From Thermoanaerobaculales bacterium (lineage in GTDB: Bacteria > Acidobacteriota > Thermoanaerobaculia > Thermoanaerobaculales > Sulfomarinibacteraceae), in the NCBI GenBank assembly GCA_025456145.1, contig JALOLD010000009.1, positions 64,899 through 128,898 on the forward strand: a stretch of DNA of 64,000 bases. Direction: 5' to 3'. This document shows positions 19,088 through 28,604 of the stretch, piece by piece. A model generated the notes under the pieces. That model worked only from the letters and a program-made list of their open reading frames with translations. It made no database searches and had not been told where the DNA came from. How positions within the stretch are numbered: the first letter of the stretch is position 1; the number at the start of each line of letters is the position of its first letter. Both the position numbers and the translations under genes were made by a program.

Positions 19088-19441
19088 ATGATGATCGAGA
19101 TGCTCAAGTCCAAGATCCACCGCGCCACCGTCACCGGCGCCGAGCTCGACTATGTCGGCTCGGTCGCCATCGACCCAGCGCTGTGCGCCGCCGCCGGGCT
19201 GCGCGAGTTCGAGAAGGTCGACGTCCTCGACATCACCAACGGCGCCCGTCTGACCACCTATGTCATCCTCGGCGCCCCGGGCGAGGTCTGCGTCAACGGC
19301 GCCGCCGCCCGGCTCGTCCACCCCGGCGACCGGGTGATCATCGTCGCCTACGCCCAGCTCGACGAGGGCGAGGCCGAGACCTTTCGGCCCAAGGTCGTCG
19401 TGCTCGACGAGCGCAACGTCATCGTCGAGCGGCGCGGCTGA
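19088..19441 (+). CDS. panD: Aspartate 1-decarboxylase proenzyme
   Basis: 117 aa. MLKSKIHRATVT, and the self-processing site YVGS. Confidence 0.92.
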   Translation: MMIEMLKSKIHRATVTGAELDYVGSVAIDPALCAAAGLREFEKVDVLDITNGARLTTYVILGAPGEVCVNGAAARLVHPGDRVIIVAYAQLDEGEAETFRPKVVVLDERNVIVERRG

Positions 19442-19500
19442 GCGCTTCCCGGGCACCCCGGATCGCGCTACAATCACGGCGCGAATCAAGGAGGACCACC

Positions 19501-20079
19501 ATGAGAAAGCTGCTGTTCGCCCTGCTGGTCTGCGTCGTCGCTCTGACCGTCGCCTTTCCGGTCGTGTCGGCGGCCGAGGAAAAGGAGTCCGAGGTGCTCG
19601 ACCGCGCCGCCAAGCGCGCCAAGATCGACGAGGTCGCCGACGAGACCCTCCAGAGGCTGTTTGCCGAGAACGCCAACGCCAAGGCGCTCTACGACGCGTC
19701 GATGGGCTGGGCGGTGTTCGACAACCACAAGGTCGCCTTCGGGCTCTCGGCCGGCGGCGGCCGTGGGGTCGCGGTCGAGAAAGCGAACGGCCAGCGCTTC
19801 TACATGAAGATGGGGACCGGCGGCGTCGGTCTCGGCCTCGGGGTCAACAAGTACCAGGTGGTCTTCTTCTTCCAGGACGAGGCCACCGCCAAGAGCTTCA
19901 TCGAGAAGGGCTGGCAGGCCGACGCCGGCGCCACCGCGGCGGCCGGCAAGGAGGCCGCCGACGCCAAGACCAACTTCGTCAACGGCCTCGCCATTTACCA
20001 GCTCACCGAGAAGGGCCTGATGCTCAATGCCGACGTGGCGGGCACCAAGTACTGGCTCGACGACGAGCTCAACGAGTAG
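19501..20079 (+). CDS. Secreted SYLF/Ysc84-like (DUF500) lipid-binding domain protein
   Basis: ATG at 19501. It has a signal peptide (LLFALLVCVVALTVAFPVVSA) and Gly-rich repeats GLSAGGGRGVAV / GTGGVGLGLGV typical of the SYLF domain. Confidence 0.7.
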   Translation: MRKLLFALLVCVVALTVAFPVVSAAEEKESEVLDRAAKRAKIDEVADETLQRLFAENANAKALYDASMGWAVFDNHKVAFGLSAGGGRGVAVEKANGQRFYMKMGTGGVGLGLGVNKYQVVFFFQDEATAKSFIEKGWQADAGATAAAGKEAADAKTNFVNGLAIYQLTEKGLMLNADVAGTKYWLDDELNE

Positions 20080-20246
20080 GACGGGAATCCGGTCTGCGCC
20101 GCCGGCGTTTCCCTCGAGGCGGCGGGCGGTGCGGTGCTACGGACCGTTGCCGGCACGCCGGGACGATTGACTGTGGTACCATCCCGGGGTCGATTTCACG
20201 GTCCGGGGTCGATAACCAACAAGCGAACGCAAACTGGAGGTAGGAG

Positions 20247-20951
20247 ATGTCGATGAAGAGGAACCTGATCGTGGCACTGGTGGCGGTGGTCGTCCTGGGC
20301 GCCGGCGTGGCCGCGGCCCAGACCACCTACGAGGTCAAGCAGGGCACCGTCCTGCACACCTACGGCACGCACCTCGTGGTCAAGATGGCCGACGGGACCG
20401 TCAAGGACTTCGACGTGCCGGCGGACTTCACGTTCGATGTCGACGGCCAGAAGCTCACCGTCGACCAGCTCAAGCCGGGCACCATGCTCACCTCGACCGT
20501 GGCCTACAAAACGGTCCAGCACGAGGTCAAGACCACCGAGGTGCGCAACGCCACAATCGTCCAGCGCAAGGGCCAGACCGTGATCTTCCGCAACGAGGAC
20601 GGTAGGCTCCAGATGATCACCGGGATCCCCGAGGGCTTCACGCTGTTCCGCGACGGCGTGCCGGTGCCGATCGAGGCCCTCGCCGGTGGCGACAGGGTGA
20701 CCGCCCAAATCGTCCACACCGACATCAAAGAGGTGACCGAGCGGGACATCGAGGTCGCCGGCGCCGCCCCGGCGGCCCCCGCGCCGAAGCCCGCGCCGAA
20801 GGCGGCCCCGGCGCCGGCCCCGGCGCCCGCGCCCGCGCCCGCGCCCGCGCCGGAGCTCCCCAAGACCGGCAGCTCGCTGCCGCTCGCCGGCCTCGCCGGC
20901 CTGCTCGCGCTGGCCGCGGGTCTCGGGATCGCCGTCCTGCGCCGCTTCTGA
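20247..20951 (+). CDS. Secreted protein with Pro/Ala-rich stalk and C-terminal LPXTG-type sorting signal
   Basis: It has a signal peptide and a PA-repeat linker. The motif LPKTG (nt 20856-20870) is followed by a hydrophobic segment and the basic tail RRF. Confidence 0.75.
   Translation: MSMKRNLIVALVAVVVLGAGVAAAQTTYEVKQGTVLHTYGTHLVVKMADGTVKDFDVPADFTFDVDGQKLTVDQLKPGTMLTSTVAYKTVQHEVKTTEVRNATIVQRKGQTVIFRNEDGRLQMITGIPEGFTLFRDGVPVPIEALAGGDRVTAQIVHTDIKEVTERDIEVAGAAPAAPAPKPAPKAAPAPAPAPAPAPAPAPELPKTGSSLPLAGLAGLLALAAGLGIAVLRRF
20823..20851 (+). repeat. Hexanucleotide tandem repeat (GCGCCC) about 4.8 copies, coding for (AP)n
   Basis: Read directly: gcgccc gcgccc gcgccc gcgccc gcgcc, inside the PA linker of CDS 20247..20951. 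Confidence 0.8.
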
Positions 20952-20974
20952 GCGCACCCGGGTCAACCCGACCG

Positions 20975-21006
20975 AGCGCCACCGGGGAACCGGTGGCGCT
21001 TTTTTC
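20975..21006 (+). terminator. Rho-independent terminator
   Basis: Perfect 11-bp stem AGCGCCACCGG / CCGGTGGCGCT, loop GGAA, then TTTTTT. Confidence 0.85.
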
Positions 21007-21116
21007 ATCCCGCCGGCCGGATCTTGTCGGTCACGAGAGGTGGCCGCGATAAAATGCCTCCACCAGGCGACCCCGCCGGGGCGCCGGAATCCGCCCGAGC
21101 TTCTGGAGGACCACCC

Positions 21117-22001
21117 ATGAGGTTTGAGATCGCCCGACTCCGCCAGCCCGCCCTCGCGCTGACCGTCGCCGCCCTCGCGCTCCTCGTCGGATCGCCGGCC
21201 GGAGCCCAGGAGATCGCCCACTCGCAGTTCTTCCCGATCCTCGCCCGCACCGCCGGCGCCGGCGGCACCCAGTGGGTCACCGACCTGACGATCCACAACC
21301 TGACCGACTCGACGCTCCAGGTCGGGTGCCAGTTCCTCGAGGCCGACAAGGCCAACATCTTCAACCCGAGCTTCCCGACCCGCTTCACCCTGGCGCCGCG
21401 CGAAACCAAGATCTACACCGACGTCCTCAACACCCTGTTCGGCCACACCACCGACATCAAGGGCGCGGTGCTGGTCACCGTCGACCCCTCGCTGATCGGC
21501 GGCAACCCCGAGGGCGCCGAGGTCCTCGCCACCACCCGGACCTACAACGTCGGCGACCCGGCCGGAACCTTCGGCCAGACCGTGCCCGCCCTGAGCCGGA
21601 CGATCAACGCGTCGGCCACCACCTCGGTGGTCACCGGCTGCGTCAACAGCGCGCGCTTCCGCTCCAACCTCGGGATCATGAACATGTCCCTGCTCACCTC
21701 GCTCCGGGTCAACTACCGGGTCCTCGACGCCTCGGGAGACACCGTCGCCGAGGGGATGAAGACCCTCAACCCCGCCTCGGTCAGCCAGTGGTCGTTCCAG
21801 CAGCTCGGGGTGCCGAAGCAGGACGGACCGCTGACCGTCGAGCTGTGGATGCACCCCGACGACGTCCTGCCCGACCCGTGCGCCACCAACTTCCCGAACA
21901 TGTTCATCGCCTATGTCTCGAAGGTCGACGGCAACCCCGACGGCACCGGCGACGCCGAGTTCATCTACGCCGCGCCCAACGACCCCTACTCCTGCCAGTA
22001 G
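21117..22001 (+). CDS. Secreted hypothetical protein
   Basis: ATG at 21117 preceded by GGAGGA. It has a signal peptide (ALALTVAALALLVGSPAGAQE). No family was recognised. Confidence 0.7.
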   Translation: MRFEIARLRQPALALTVAALALLVGSPAGAQEIAHSQFFPILARTAGAGGTQWVTDLTIHNLTDSTLQVGCQFLEADKANIFNPSFPTRFTLAPRETKIYTDVLNTLFGHTTDIKGAVLVTVDPSLIGGNPEGAEVLATTRTYNVGDPAGTFGQTVPALSRTINASATTSVVTGCVNSARFRSNLGIMNMSLLTSLRVNYRVLDASGDTVAEGMKTLNPASVSQWSFQQLGVPKQDGPLTVELWMHPDDVLPDPCATNFPNMFIAYVSKVDGNPDGTGDAEFIYAAPNDPYSCQ

Positions 22002-22055
22002 AGGCCGGTGGGGTCATCGGGGGTGACCGCCGGGCCCGCGATCCGCGGCCCCCTC

Positions 22056-22859
22056 TCAGCGCACGGCGGTGAGCGCCGTCTCGGCCTCGGCGAGCCACGC
22101 CGCGGCCTCGGGGTCGGCGCTACGGGCTCTCGCCAGGGCGACGCCCCGCTCGAGCGCCCGGCGGGCGCCCTCGCGGTCGCCGGTCTCGAGCAGCGCCTCG
22201 CCGAGCACGAGCTGGTTCGGCGGGTGGTCCGGGAAGGCCGCGACCGCCGCCCGGGCGTGCTCGAGGCCGAGCTCGGGGTCGCCGGGCCCGGTCGGCCAGC
22301 CCGGCGCGCGCAGCAGCACCAGCGCGAGCACCCGATGGCCTCCGGCGGCGTCGAGGTCCGGCGCGGCGGCGATGACCTCCTCGAGCAGCTCGACCATGAC
22401 CTCGAGCCCGTCGACTGCGGTCGAGGACCGCTCGCGCGCCTGCTGGCCGACCGCCAGGGCCAGGCGATAGCGGCACTCCGGGCTCGCCGGGTGGGCCTCC
22501 AGGCAGAGCTGGCCGATCTGCACCCCCTCGACGACGAGCTCGCGCCGGCGGTCGGCATCGGGCTCGTCCTCGACCAGCCGGGCGGTGGCCCGGGCGGCGC
22601 CGAGAAAGGCCCCGACCGGCGGCGGCTCGGCCCCGGCCGCTTCGAGGAAGAGCCTGCGCGCCCGCTCGACCGACGCCGGGTCCCGCGCCGCGGCGAGCTC
22701 CTCCTCGGCCTCGGCGAGCAGGGCCTCGGCAGAGGAGATCGCAACCGGCCGGCCCGTCCCGACGCCGATCTCGGCCAGCGGCGGCGGCGGCTTCAGAGCG
22801 GTGGTGCAACCGGCCACCATCGCGAGGCCCGAGAGAGCCGCGAGCCCGAGGCGCCTCAA
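22056..22859 (-). CDS. Lipoprotein with helical/TPR-like repeats (hypothetical)
   Basis: A TTG start at 22859 yields LRRLGLAALSGLAMVAGC, which contains a lipobox. The stop of the upstream gene overlaps this start. Confidence 0.6.
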   Translation of the reverse strand: MRRLGLAALSGLAMVAGCTTALKPPPPLAEIGVGTGRPVAISSAEALLAEAEEELAAARDPASVERARRLFLEAAGAEPPPVGAFLGAARATARLVEDEPDADRRRELVVEGVQIGQLCLEAHPASPECRYRLALAVGQQARERSSTAVDGLEVMVELLEEVIAAAPDLDAAGGHRVLALVLLRAPGWPTGPGDPELGLEHARAAVAAFPDHPPNQLVLGEALLETGDREGARRALERGVALARARSADPEAAAWLAEAETALTAVR

Positions 22860-23740
22860 TCCGCGGCCCCGGCGAAGGCCGCCTCGGCTGCGGCGAGGGC
22901 GGCCCGGTCGACCGGCTCGAAGCGGTCGATCCGGACCCCGGCCAGGGCGCCGGCCGCATCGGGACGCCCGCCGAGCGCGGCCAGGGCGGCGACCGCCGCC
23001 GTCCGGCGGGTCGGGTCGCCCCGGCCGTCGACCGAGCAGAGGACCGAGACCGGCAGCGGCGCCGAGCGGTGGACCACCGCGAGGTCGGAGGCGAACGGCA
23101 GCTCGGGCAGGGCCGCCGCCTGCTCGCCGTCGAGCAGCACCGCGACCGGCTCGCCGCGCGCCGCCCGGCGCAGCGACGACAGCACCGCCCCCGAGAAGGT
23201 GATCGCGACACCGTCGGGCAGCGCGCCCCAGCCGGCGAGCGCCGGCCCCCGGACGAAGGGCTCGGAGTGGCCGGCCAGGCTGACCAGGCTCCAGCCCGCG
23301 AGGTCGGCGGGCCGCGACACCTTGCCGGCAGCGGCCACCAGGACCCACGGCTCGAGGGGCTCGCGGCCGACCGGCACGGCGAGGAGCTCGGGCTCGAGCC
23401 CGAGCTGCTCGCGGTGCTCGAGGAAGAACGGCAGGGTCACCAGCGCGAGGCCGGCGTCGGCCTCGCCGAGGCGCGCCACGCCGCCCTCCTCGGTCTCGAA
23501 GTACACCGCCCTGAAATCGTCCCGACCCCATCCGGCGGCGACGGCCGCAGCGCTCGCCAGACCGTCCATCGCGGGCTGGGCCTCGCCGGTCGAGCCCGGG
23601 TACCCGGGGGCGCAGACGACCAGGGTCAGGGGGTCGGCGCCGGCGAGGCCGGCAAGGGCGAGGCAGGCGACGAGGCACGCCGGGCCCAGGAGCCCTCGGC
23701 AACCGGAGGAAGATCGGGCAGCTAGGGTGAGCAGCGACAT
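22856..23740 (-). CDS. Secreted hypothetical protein, possibly periplasmic solute-binding-like
   Basis: 294 aa with a signal peptide ending AGLAGA/DP. The alternating beta-alpha pattern suggests a periplasmic-binding fold. The functional call is weak. Confidence 0.55.
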   Translation of the reverse strand: MSLLTLAARSSSGCRGLLGPACLVACLALAGLAGADPLTLVVCAPGYPGSTGEAQPAMDGLASAAAVAAGWGRDDFRAVYFETEEGGVARLGEADAGLALVTLPFFLEHREQLGLEPELLAVPVGREPLEPWVLVAAAGKVSRPADLAGWSLVSLAGHSEPFVRGPALAGWGALPDGVAITFSGAVLSSLRRAARGEPVAVLLDGEQAAALPELPFASDLAVVHRSAPLPVSVLCSVDGRGDPTRRTAAVAALAALGGRPDAAGALAGVRIDRFEPVDRAALAAAEAAFAGAAD

Positions 23741-23754
23741 GGAGGCATCATACC

Positions 23755-26127
23755 GTGGCCCTGGTTGACCGCTCGATCGAGGTGCGGCTCGAGCCGCTCT
23801 TCGCCGCCATCGTCCGGCGGCGCTGGTGGATCGTCGCGTTCTACCTGGTGGCGCTCCCGGCGGCGGCCCGGCTCGCCCTCGACATCCCCCGCGACAACTC
23901 GATCGAAAGGATGGTGGTCGCGTCGGACCCCGATGTCGCCGCGTCGCGCGAGTTCGAGGCCGTCTTCCCCGAGCGCGACACCGTGCTCCTGGTCCTCGAG
24001 ACCGCCGACCCCTTCGGCGCCGCCGCCCTGGCCGAGCTCGAGCGGGTCGAGACCGAGCTCGGCGCGGTCGACGGCCTCGGCGCCTACTCGCTCGCCACCG
24101 TCTGGCGTCGCGCCCGGCCCGGCGCCGGCTCGCCGGCCGACGACCCGGACGGGGTGCGAGGGGTGGTCGCAGGGACCGAGTTCTTCCGCCGCCAGGGCCT
24201 GGTCGGCGACGGCTTCCTGTCGGTCGTCCTCGCCCTCGACGCCCCGGACGCCGCCACCCGCGACCGGCTGCTCGCCGAGATCGAACGGGTCGCCGGGGGG
24301 ATCTCCGGGCACGGCGGCGCCGTTACCAACGTCCGGCGGGTCGGCCGGCCGTGGGTCGAGGCCTGGCTCGAGCGCGAGACCTCGGTAGAGAGCCAGACCT
24401 ACTTCCCGCTGCTCGGCGGCTTCGTCGTCGCCCTGGTCCTCGGGCTCTACCGCTCGTGGCGGGCGCTCGCCGCCATCCTCCTCTCGCTCGCCGCGGCGGT
24501 GCTGCTCGGGATGGCCTTCGCGGGCGCGGTCGGGCTCGGCTTCACGATCGTCTCGGCGCTGGTGCCGTTGACGCTGATGGTCACCGCCACCGCGAGCCTG
24601 GTCTACCTCCACTCCCGTTTCGTCGACCAGCCCGACGGGCTCGATCTCGAGAGCCACCGAGCCCGCGCCCTGGCCAACAAGCTCGTCGCCGTCACCGCCT
24701 CGGTCTTCGCCGCGGCGGTCGGCTTCGCCGCCCTGACGGTGTCCGAGATCCGGCCGATCCGCGATCTCGGGCTGTGGACCGCGGGTGGCCTGCTGCTCGG
24801 CTGGGTGGTGTGCTTCACCCTCTACCCGGCGCTGCAGACCATCTTCCGCGCCCCGACCCGGCGCGAACGCCGGGTGGCCGGGACCTGGGTGGTCCGCGCC
24901 GCCGAGGTGCTGCCGCGCTGGTCCTTCCGCTGGCGGTGGCCGCTCGTGGTCGCCGCGTCGGCGCTCGCCGTCGCCGGTCTGGCGGCGCTGCTCGGCGTGC
25001 CTGGGCTGCTGCCCGGAATGGAGCTCGAGACCGACGCCCTGGCCTATATCGACCCCGACGAGCCGGTGGCCCGGGACACCCGGTACTTCGAGGAGACGGT
25101 GCTCGGCCTGCAGTCGGCCAAGATCTGGATCACCACGCCCGAGCTCGGCGTCGTCGATCCCGGGGTGCTCGGCGCCCTCGACCGGCTGACCGTCGCCCTC
25201 GAGGGACAGCCGGCGGTCGGCTCGGTGGTCGGGCTGCCGTCGATCCTGCGCCTGCGCCGCCACCTCGCCGGGCTCGACGAGGCCCTCCCGAGCGACCGCC
25301 CCGCCCTCGAGCGGGTCGCCGCCGAGCTCGAGCAGCTCCTGCTCACCGAGCCGTCACTCGCCCAGTGGGTCGACCTCGGAAGCCTCGCCTCGACCTATCT
25401 GACGGTGACCACCGCGGCGGGCTCGGAGCACCGGATGAGCGACCTCACGGCGGCCGTCGAGAGCGCCTGGGCCGAGGTCGCGGCGGCCGACCCCGGGCTC
25501 GCCTCCTGCACCTACCGGCTGACCGGCAGCGGGGTGCTCCAGGCGACGATCGCCGGCCACCTCGTGCCGACCCTGGTCGAGAGCTTCGCCATCACCTTCA
25601 CGATCATCTTCGTCACCTTCGTGCTGGTCTTCCGCTCCGGCCCGGCGCGGCTCAACGCGATGGTGCCGTCGCTGTTCGCGATCCTCGTCACCTTTCTGGT
25701 CATGCGGCTGACCGGGATCCCGCTCAACATCGCGACGATCCTCATCGCCACCACCGTGCTCGGGGTCACCGAGAACGACCAGATCCACTTCTTCTACCAC
25801 TTCCTCGAGCGGCGCAACGGCGGCTCGACCGAGGCCGCCCTGGGTCATGCGATCCGCGTCGCCGGTCACGCCATCCTGTTCGCCACGGTCATCAACGCCG
25901 GCGGCTTCCTCGCCCTGGCCCTTTCCGACCTGCCGCCGATGCGCCAGTTCGGGATCGTCACCGCGTTGGCCTTCGCCCTCGCCATGCTCGCCGACTTCAC
26001 CGCCCTGCCGGCCGCGCTGTGGATCCTCTTCCGCGAGCGTCCGACCGCCGGGTCCCCTCCCCAGGGGGACGACGCTGGGCCGGGGTCCGGAGACGGGGGC
26101 CCGGGCTTGCGCGGACCGTTACAATGA
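23755..26127 (+). CDS. RND-superfamily exporter of the MMPL/HpnN type
   Basis: 790 aa. It has two 6-TM bundles, each preceded by a large loop. It starts at a GTG 14 bp from the divergent gene. Confidence 0.85.
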   Translation: MALVDRSIEVRLEPLFAAIVRRRWWIVAFYLVALPAAARLALDIPRDNSIERMVVASDPDVAASREFEAVFPERDTVLLVLETADPFGAAALAELERVETELGAVDGLGAYSLATVWRRARPGAGSPADDPDGVRGVVAGTEFFRRQGLVGDGFLSVVLALDAPDAATRDRLLAEIERVAGGISGHGGAVTNVRRVGRPWVEAWLERETSVESQTYFPLLGGFVVALVLGLYRSWRALAAILLSLAAAVLLGMAFAGAVGLGFTIVSALVPLTLMVTATASLVYLHSRFVDQPDGLDLESHRARALANKLVAVTASVFAAAVGFAALTVSEIRPIRDLGLWTAGGLLLGWVVCFTLYPALQTIFRAPTRRERRVAGTWVVRAAEVLPRWSFRWRWPLVVAASALAVAGLAALLGVPGLLPGMELETDALAYIDPDEPVARDTRYFEETVLGLQSAKIWITTPELGVVDPGVLGALDRLTVALEGQPAVGSVVGLPSILRLRRHLAGLDEALPSDRPALERVAAELEQLLLTEPSLAQWVDLGSLASTYLTVTTAAGSEHRMSDLTAAVESAWAEVAAADPGLASCTYRLTGSGVLQATIAGHLVPTLVESFAITFTIIFVTFVLVFRSGPARLNAMVPSLFAILVTFLVMRLTGIPLNIATILIATTVLGVTENDQIHFFYHFLERRNGGSTEAALGHAIRVAGHAILFATVINAGGFLALALSDLPPMRQFGIVTALAFALAMLADFTALPAALWILFRERPTAGSPPQGDDAGPGSGDGGPGLRGPLQ

Positions 26128-26161
26128 GGGCGGCACGAGGACGACACGGGAGGGGGCGCCG

Positions 26162-28588
26162 GTGGGTCTGAGGCACCAGACGGTTCGGCTCGCGGTCATC
26201 GCGGTGGTGGCGGCGGCCGCCCTCCTGCCGCCGTCCGCGGCCGCCCAGGAGACCGGCGAGGTCAACGGCACCGCGGTCGACCAGAACGGGCTCGGCCTGC
26301 CCGGGGTCACGGTCGCCGCGGTCGGCCCGACCACCCGGGCGGTCCTCAGCGGGCTCGAGGGCCGCTACCGCATCGTCGGTCTGCCCGCCGGCAGCTACCG
26401 GGTCACCGCGACGATGCCGGGCTTCGCCACCATCGAGGACGTGCTCGACATCGCCGCGGGCGCCGCGGTCGAGCTCGACTTCCGGCTCCAGCCGGCCTTC
26501 GAGGACACCGTCGTCGTCTCGGCATCGCGCACCCCGGTGCTGCTCGAGGACGCTCCGACGACGATCAGCGTGGTCGGCCGCGACATCATCGAGACCCGGC
26601 CGGCGAGCAACATCGGCGATCTGCTGCGCGAGGTCCCGGGGGCCAACGTCGTCCAGTCGTCGGCGCGCGACGTCAACGTCGCAACCCGCGGCCCGGCGGC
26701 GTTCCTCACCGGGTCGCAGCTCGCCCTGATCGACGGCCGCCCGCTCTACTTCGACTTCTTCAACGTCATCTTCTGGGACCTCGCCTCGGTGCAGAACAAC
26801 GACATCGAGCAGATCGAGGTGGTGCGCGGTCCGGCCTCGGCGATGTGGGGCGCCAACGCCGCGACCGGGGTGGTCAACATGGTGACCCGCGCACCGCGCG
26901 ACTCCCAGGGCCTCGAGCTCGCGGTCACCGGCGGGCTGATGAGCCGGTCGAGCGAGGCCGGCGGCACCGGCGGGCTGGGCAGCCTCAACGTCCGCTGGGC
27001 CGACGCGCCGAGCGACCGTCTGGCCTACCGGATCTCGGCCGGGGTCTCGGCGAGCGACCCCTACCAGCGGCCGACCGGGATGATCCCCGAGGTCTCGACC
27101 CCGATCGAGCCCGCGGTCACGGTCGGCGGCGGCAGCTACGAGGACGTCCCCTACGACAACAACGGCACCCTCCAGCCCAAGATCGACGTCCGGGTCGACC
27201 AGGAGCTCGAGGACGAGGGAAGGCTCCTCTACGCCGCCGGCGTCGCCTTTACCGAGGGCATCATCCAGACCCCGATCGGCCCCTTCGACGCCGAGCGCGG
27301 CACCAACCTCGCCTACGCCCAGGTCGCCTACAACCGCGGCGGCTTCCACTCGCAGCTCTTCGCCAACTACCTCCAGGGCAAGGCGCCGAGCCTGATCTCC
27401 CTCGACGCCGAGGGCAACCCGCTGCGCATCGACTTCACCAACGGCGTCTACGACCTCGACCTCGGCTGGGGCGACCTGTTCTGGGGCAGCCACCTGTGGT
27501 CGTTCGGCGGCAACATCCGCGCCAACACCTTCGACCTGTCGATCGCCCCCGATGCCGAGGACCGGCTCCAGGCGGGGGTCTACGTCCAGGACGAAATGAG
27601 GCTCGGCGCCTTCCAGCTCGCCCTCGCGGCGCGCGCCGACTACTTCTCGAACCTCGACGACCTCAACTTCTCGCCGCGCGCCGCGCTGATCTGGACGCCG
27701 GTCGCCGGCCACTCCTTCAAGGCCTCGTACGCCCGCGCCTTCCGCGCGCCCTCGGCGATCGAGAACTCGCTCGAGCTGTCGATCATCGGCGGCTACTTCC
27801 CGGTCAGCGAGTTCGACCCGCGGCTCGAGGAGGACTTCCCTCTCGTCGTCAACACCTACGGCAACCCGGATCTCGAGGCCGAGACCATCGAGTCCCTCGA
27901 GCTCGGTTACGCCGCGGTTCTCAACGGCGGCCGGACCCGGCTCGAGCTCAACGCCTATGTCAGCGAGGTCCACGACATGATCTCGACCTCGCCGTCGAAG
28001 GAGGCGCTCATCGAGGCCGGGGTCGACCCCTACTACACCTCCGCCAACCCACCCCCCGGCTGGCCGCTCAACCCGATCGTCATCGACTTCCTGGCCCAGC
28101 TCGGCATCCGGCTCCCGTCGAACGTGATGGCCCTCAACATCGGGTCGATGCGCGACACCGGGGTCGAGGTCTCGGCGAGCCACCTCTTCCGCAGCGGTCT
28201 CGCCGTGTTCGCCAACTACTCCTACCAGAAGCTGCCCGAGCCGCTCGACCCGGTCGGCGACCCCGACCGGCCGCCATCCGACACCGTCCACACCCCGCCG
28301 AGAAACCGCTACAACCTCGGTCTGAGCTACAACGGCCCGGTCTGGCTCGGCAATGTCACCGTCAACCACGCCGACGAGGCCTTCTTCGCCCAGGGCCTGC
28401 AGCCCTTCTACTACGGCTACGGCGACGACTACACGCTGGTCAGCCTGAGCGCCGGCCGGCGCTGGAGGGCGGGCCGGCTGACCACTAACCTCAAGGTGCT
28501 CAACCTCCTCGACGACCCGGTCAAGCAGCATGTCTTCGGCGACGTGCTGCGCCGCACCGTGATGGTCGAGGCGCTGCTCCGCTTCTGA
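26162..28588 (+). CDS. TonB-dependent outer-membrane receptor with N-terminal carboxypeptidase-regulatory-like domain
   Basis: GTG at 26162. Components are a signal peptide, a CarboxypepD_reg-like domain (GRYRIVGLPAGSYRVTATMPGF), a plug (DAPTTISVVGRDIIE) and a long beta-barrel ending in Phe (ALLRF). Confidence 0.9.
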   Translation: MGLRHQTVRLAVIAVVAAAALLPPSAAAQETGEVNGTAVDQNGLGLPGVTVAAVGPTTRAVLSGLEGRYRIVGLPAGSYRVTATMPGFATIEDVLDIAAGAAVELDFRLQPAFEDTVVVSASRTPVLLEDAPTTISVVGRDIIETRPASNIGDLLREVPGANVVQSSARDVNVATRGPAAFLTGSQLALIDGRPLYFDFFNVIFWDLASVQNNDIEQIEVVRGPASAMWGANAATGVVNMVTRAPRDSQGLELAVTGGLMSRSSEAGGTGGLGSLNVRWADAPSDRLAYRISAGVSASDPYQRPTGMIPEVSTPIEPAVTVGGGSYEDVPYDNNGTLQPKIDVRVDQELEDEGRLLYAAGVAFTEGIIQTPIGPFDAERGTNLAYAQVAYNRGGFHSQLFANYLQGKAPSLISLDAEGNPLRIDFTNGVYDLDLGWGDLFWGSHLWSFGGNIRANTFDLSIAPDAEDRLQAGVYVQDEMRLGAFQLALAARADYFSNLDDLNFSPRAALIWTPVAGHSFKASYARAFRAPSAIENSLELSIIGGYFPVSEFDPRLEEDFPLVVNTYGNPDLEAETIESLELGYAAVLNGGRTRLELNAYVSEVHDMISTSPSKEALIEAGVDPYYTSANPPPGWPLNPIVIDFLAQLGIRLPSNVMALNIGSMRDTGVEVSASHLFRSGLAVFANYSYQKLPEPLDPVGDPDRPPSDTVHTPPRNRYNLGLSYNGPVWLGNVTVNHADEAFFAQGLQPFYYGYGDDYTLVSLSAGRRWRAGRLTTNLKVLNLLDDPVKQHVFGDVLRRTVMVEALLRF

Positions 28589-28604
28589 GACCGGAGGGCT
28601 CGCG

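Noticed and set aside
20800-20860. Short GC-rich tandem repeats as a possible CRISPR or VNTR locus
   Set aside because: The repeats are in-frame hexanucleotides encoding the (AP)n linker of CDS 20247..20951. There are no spacers, so this is not CRISPR-like.
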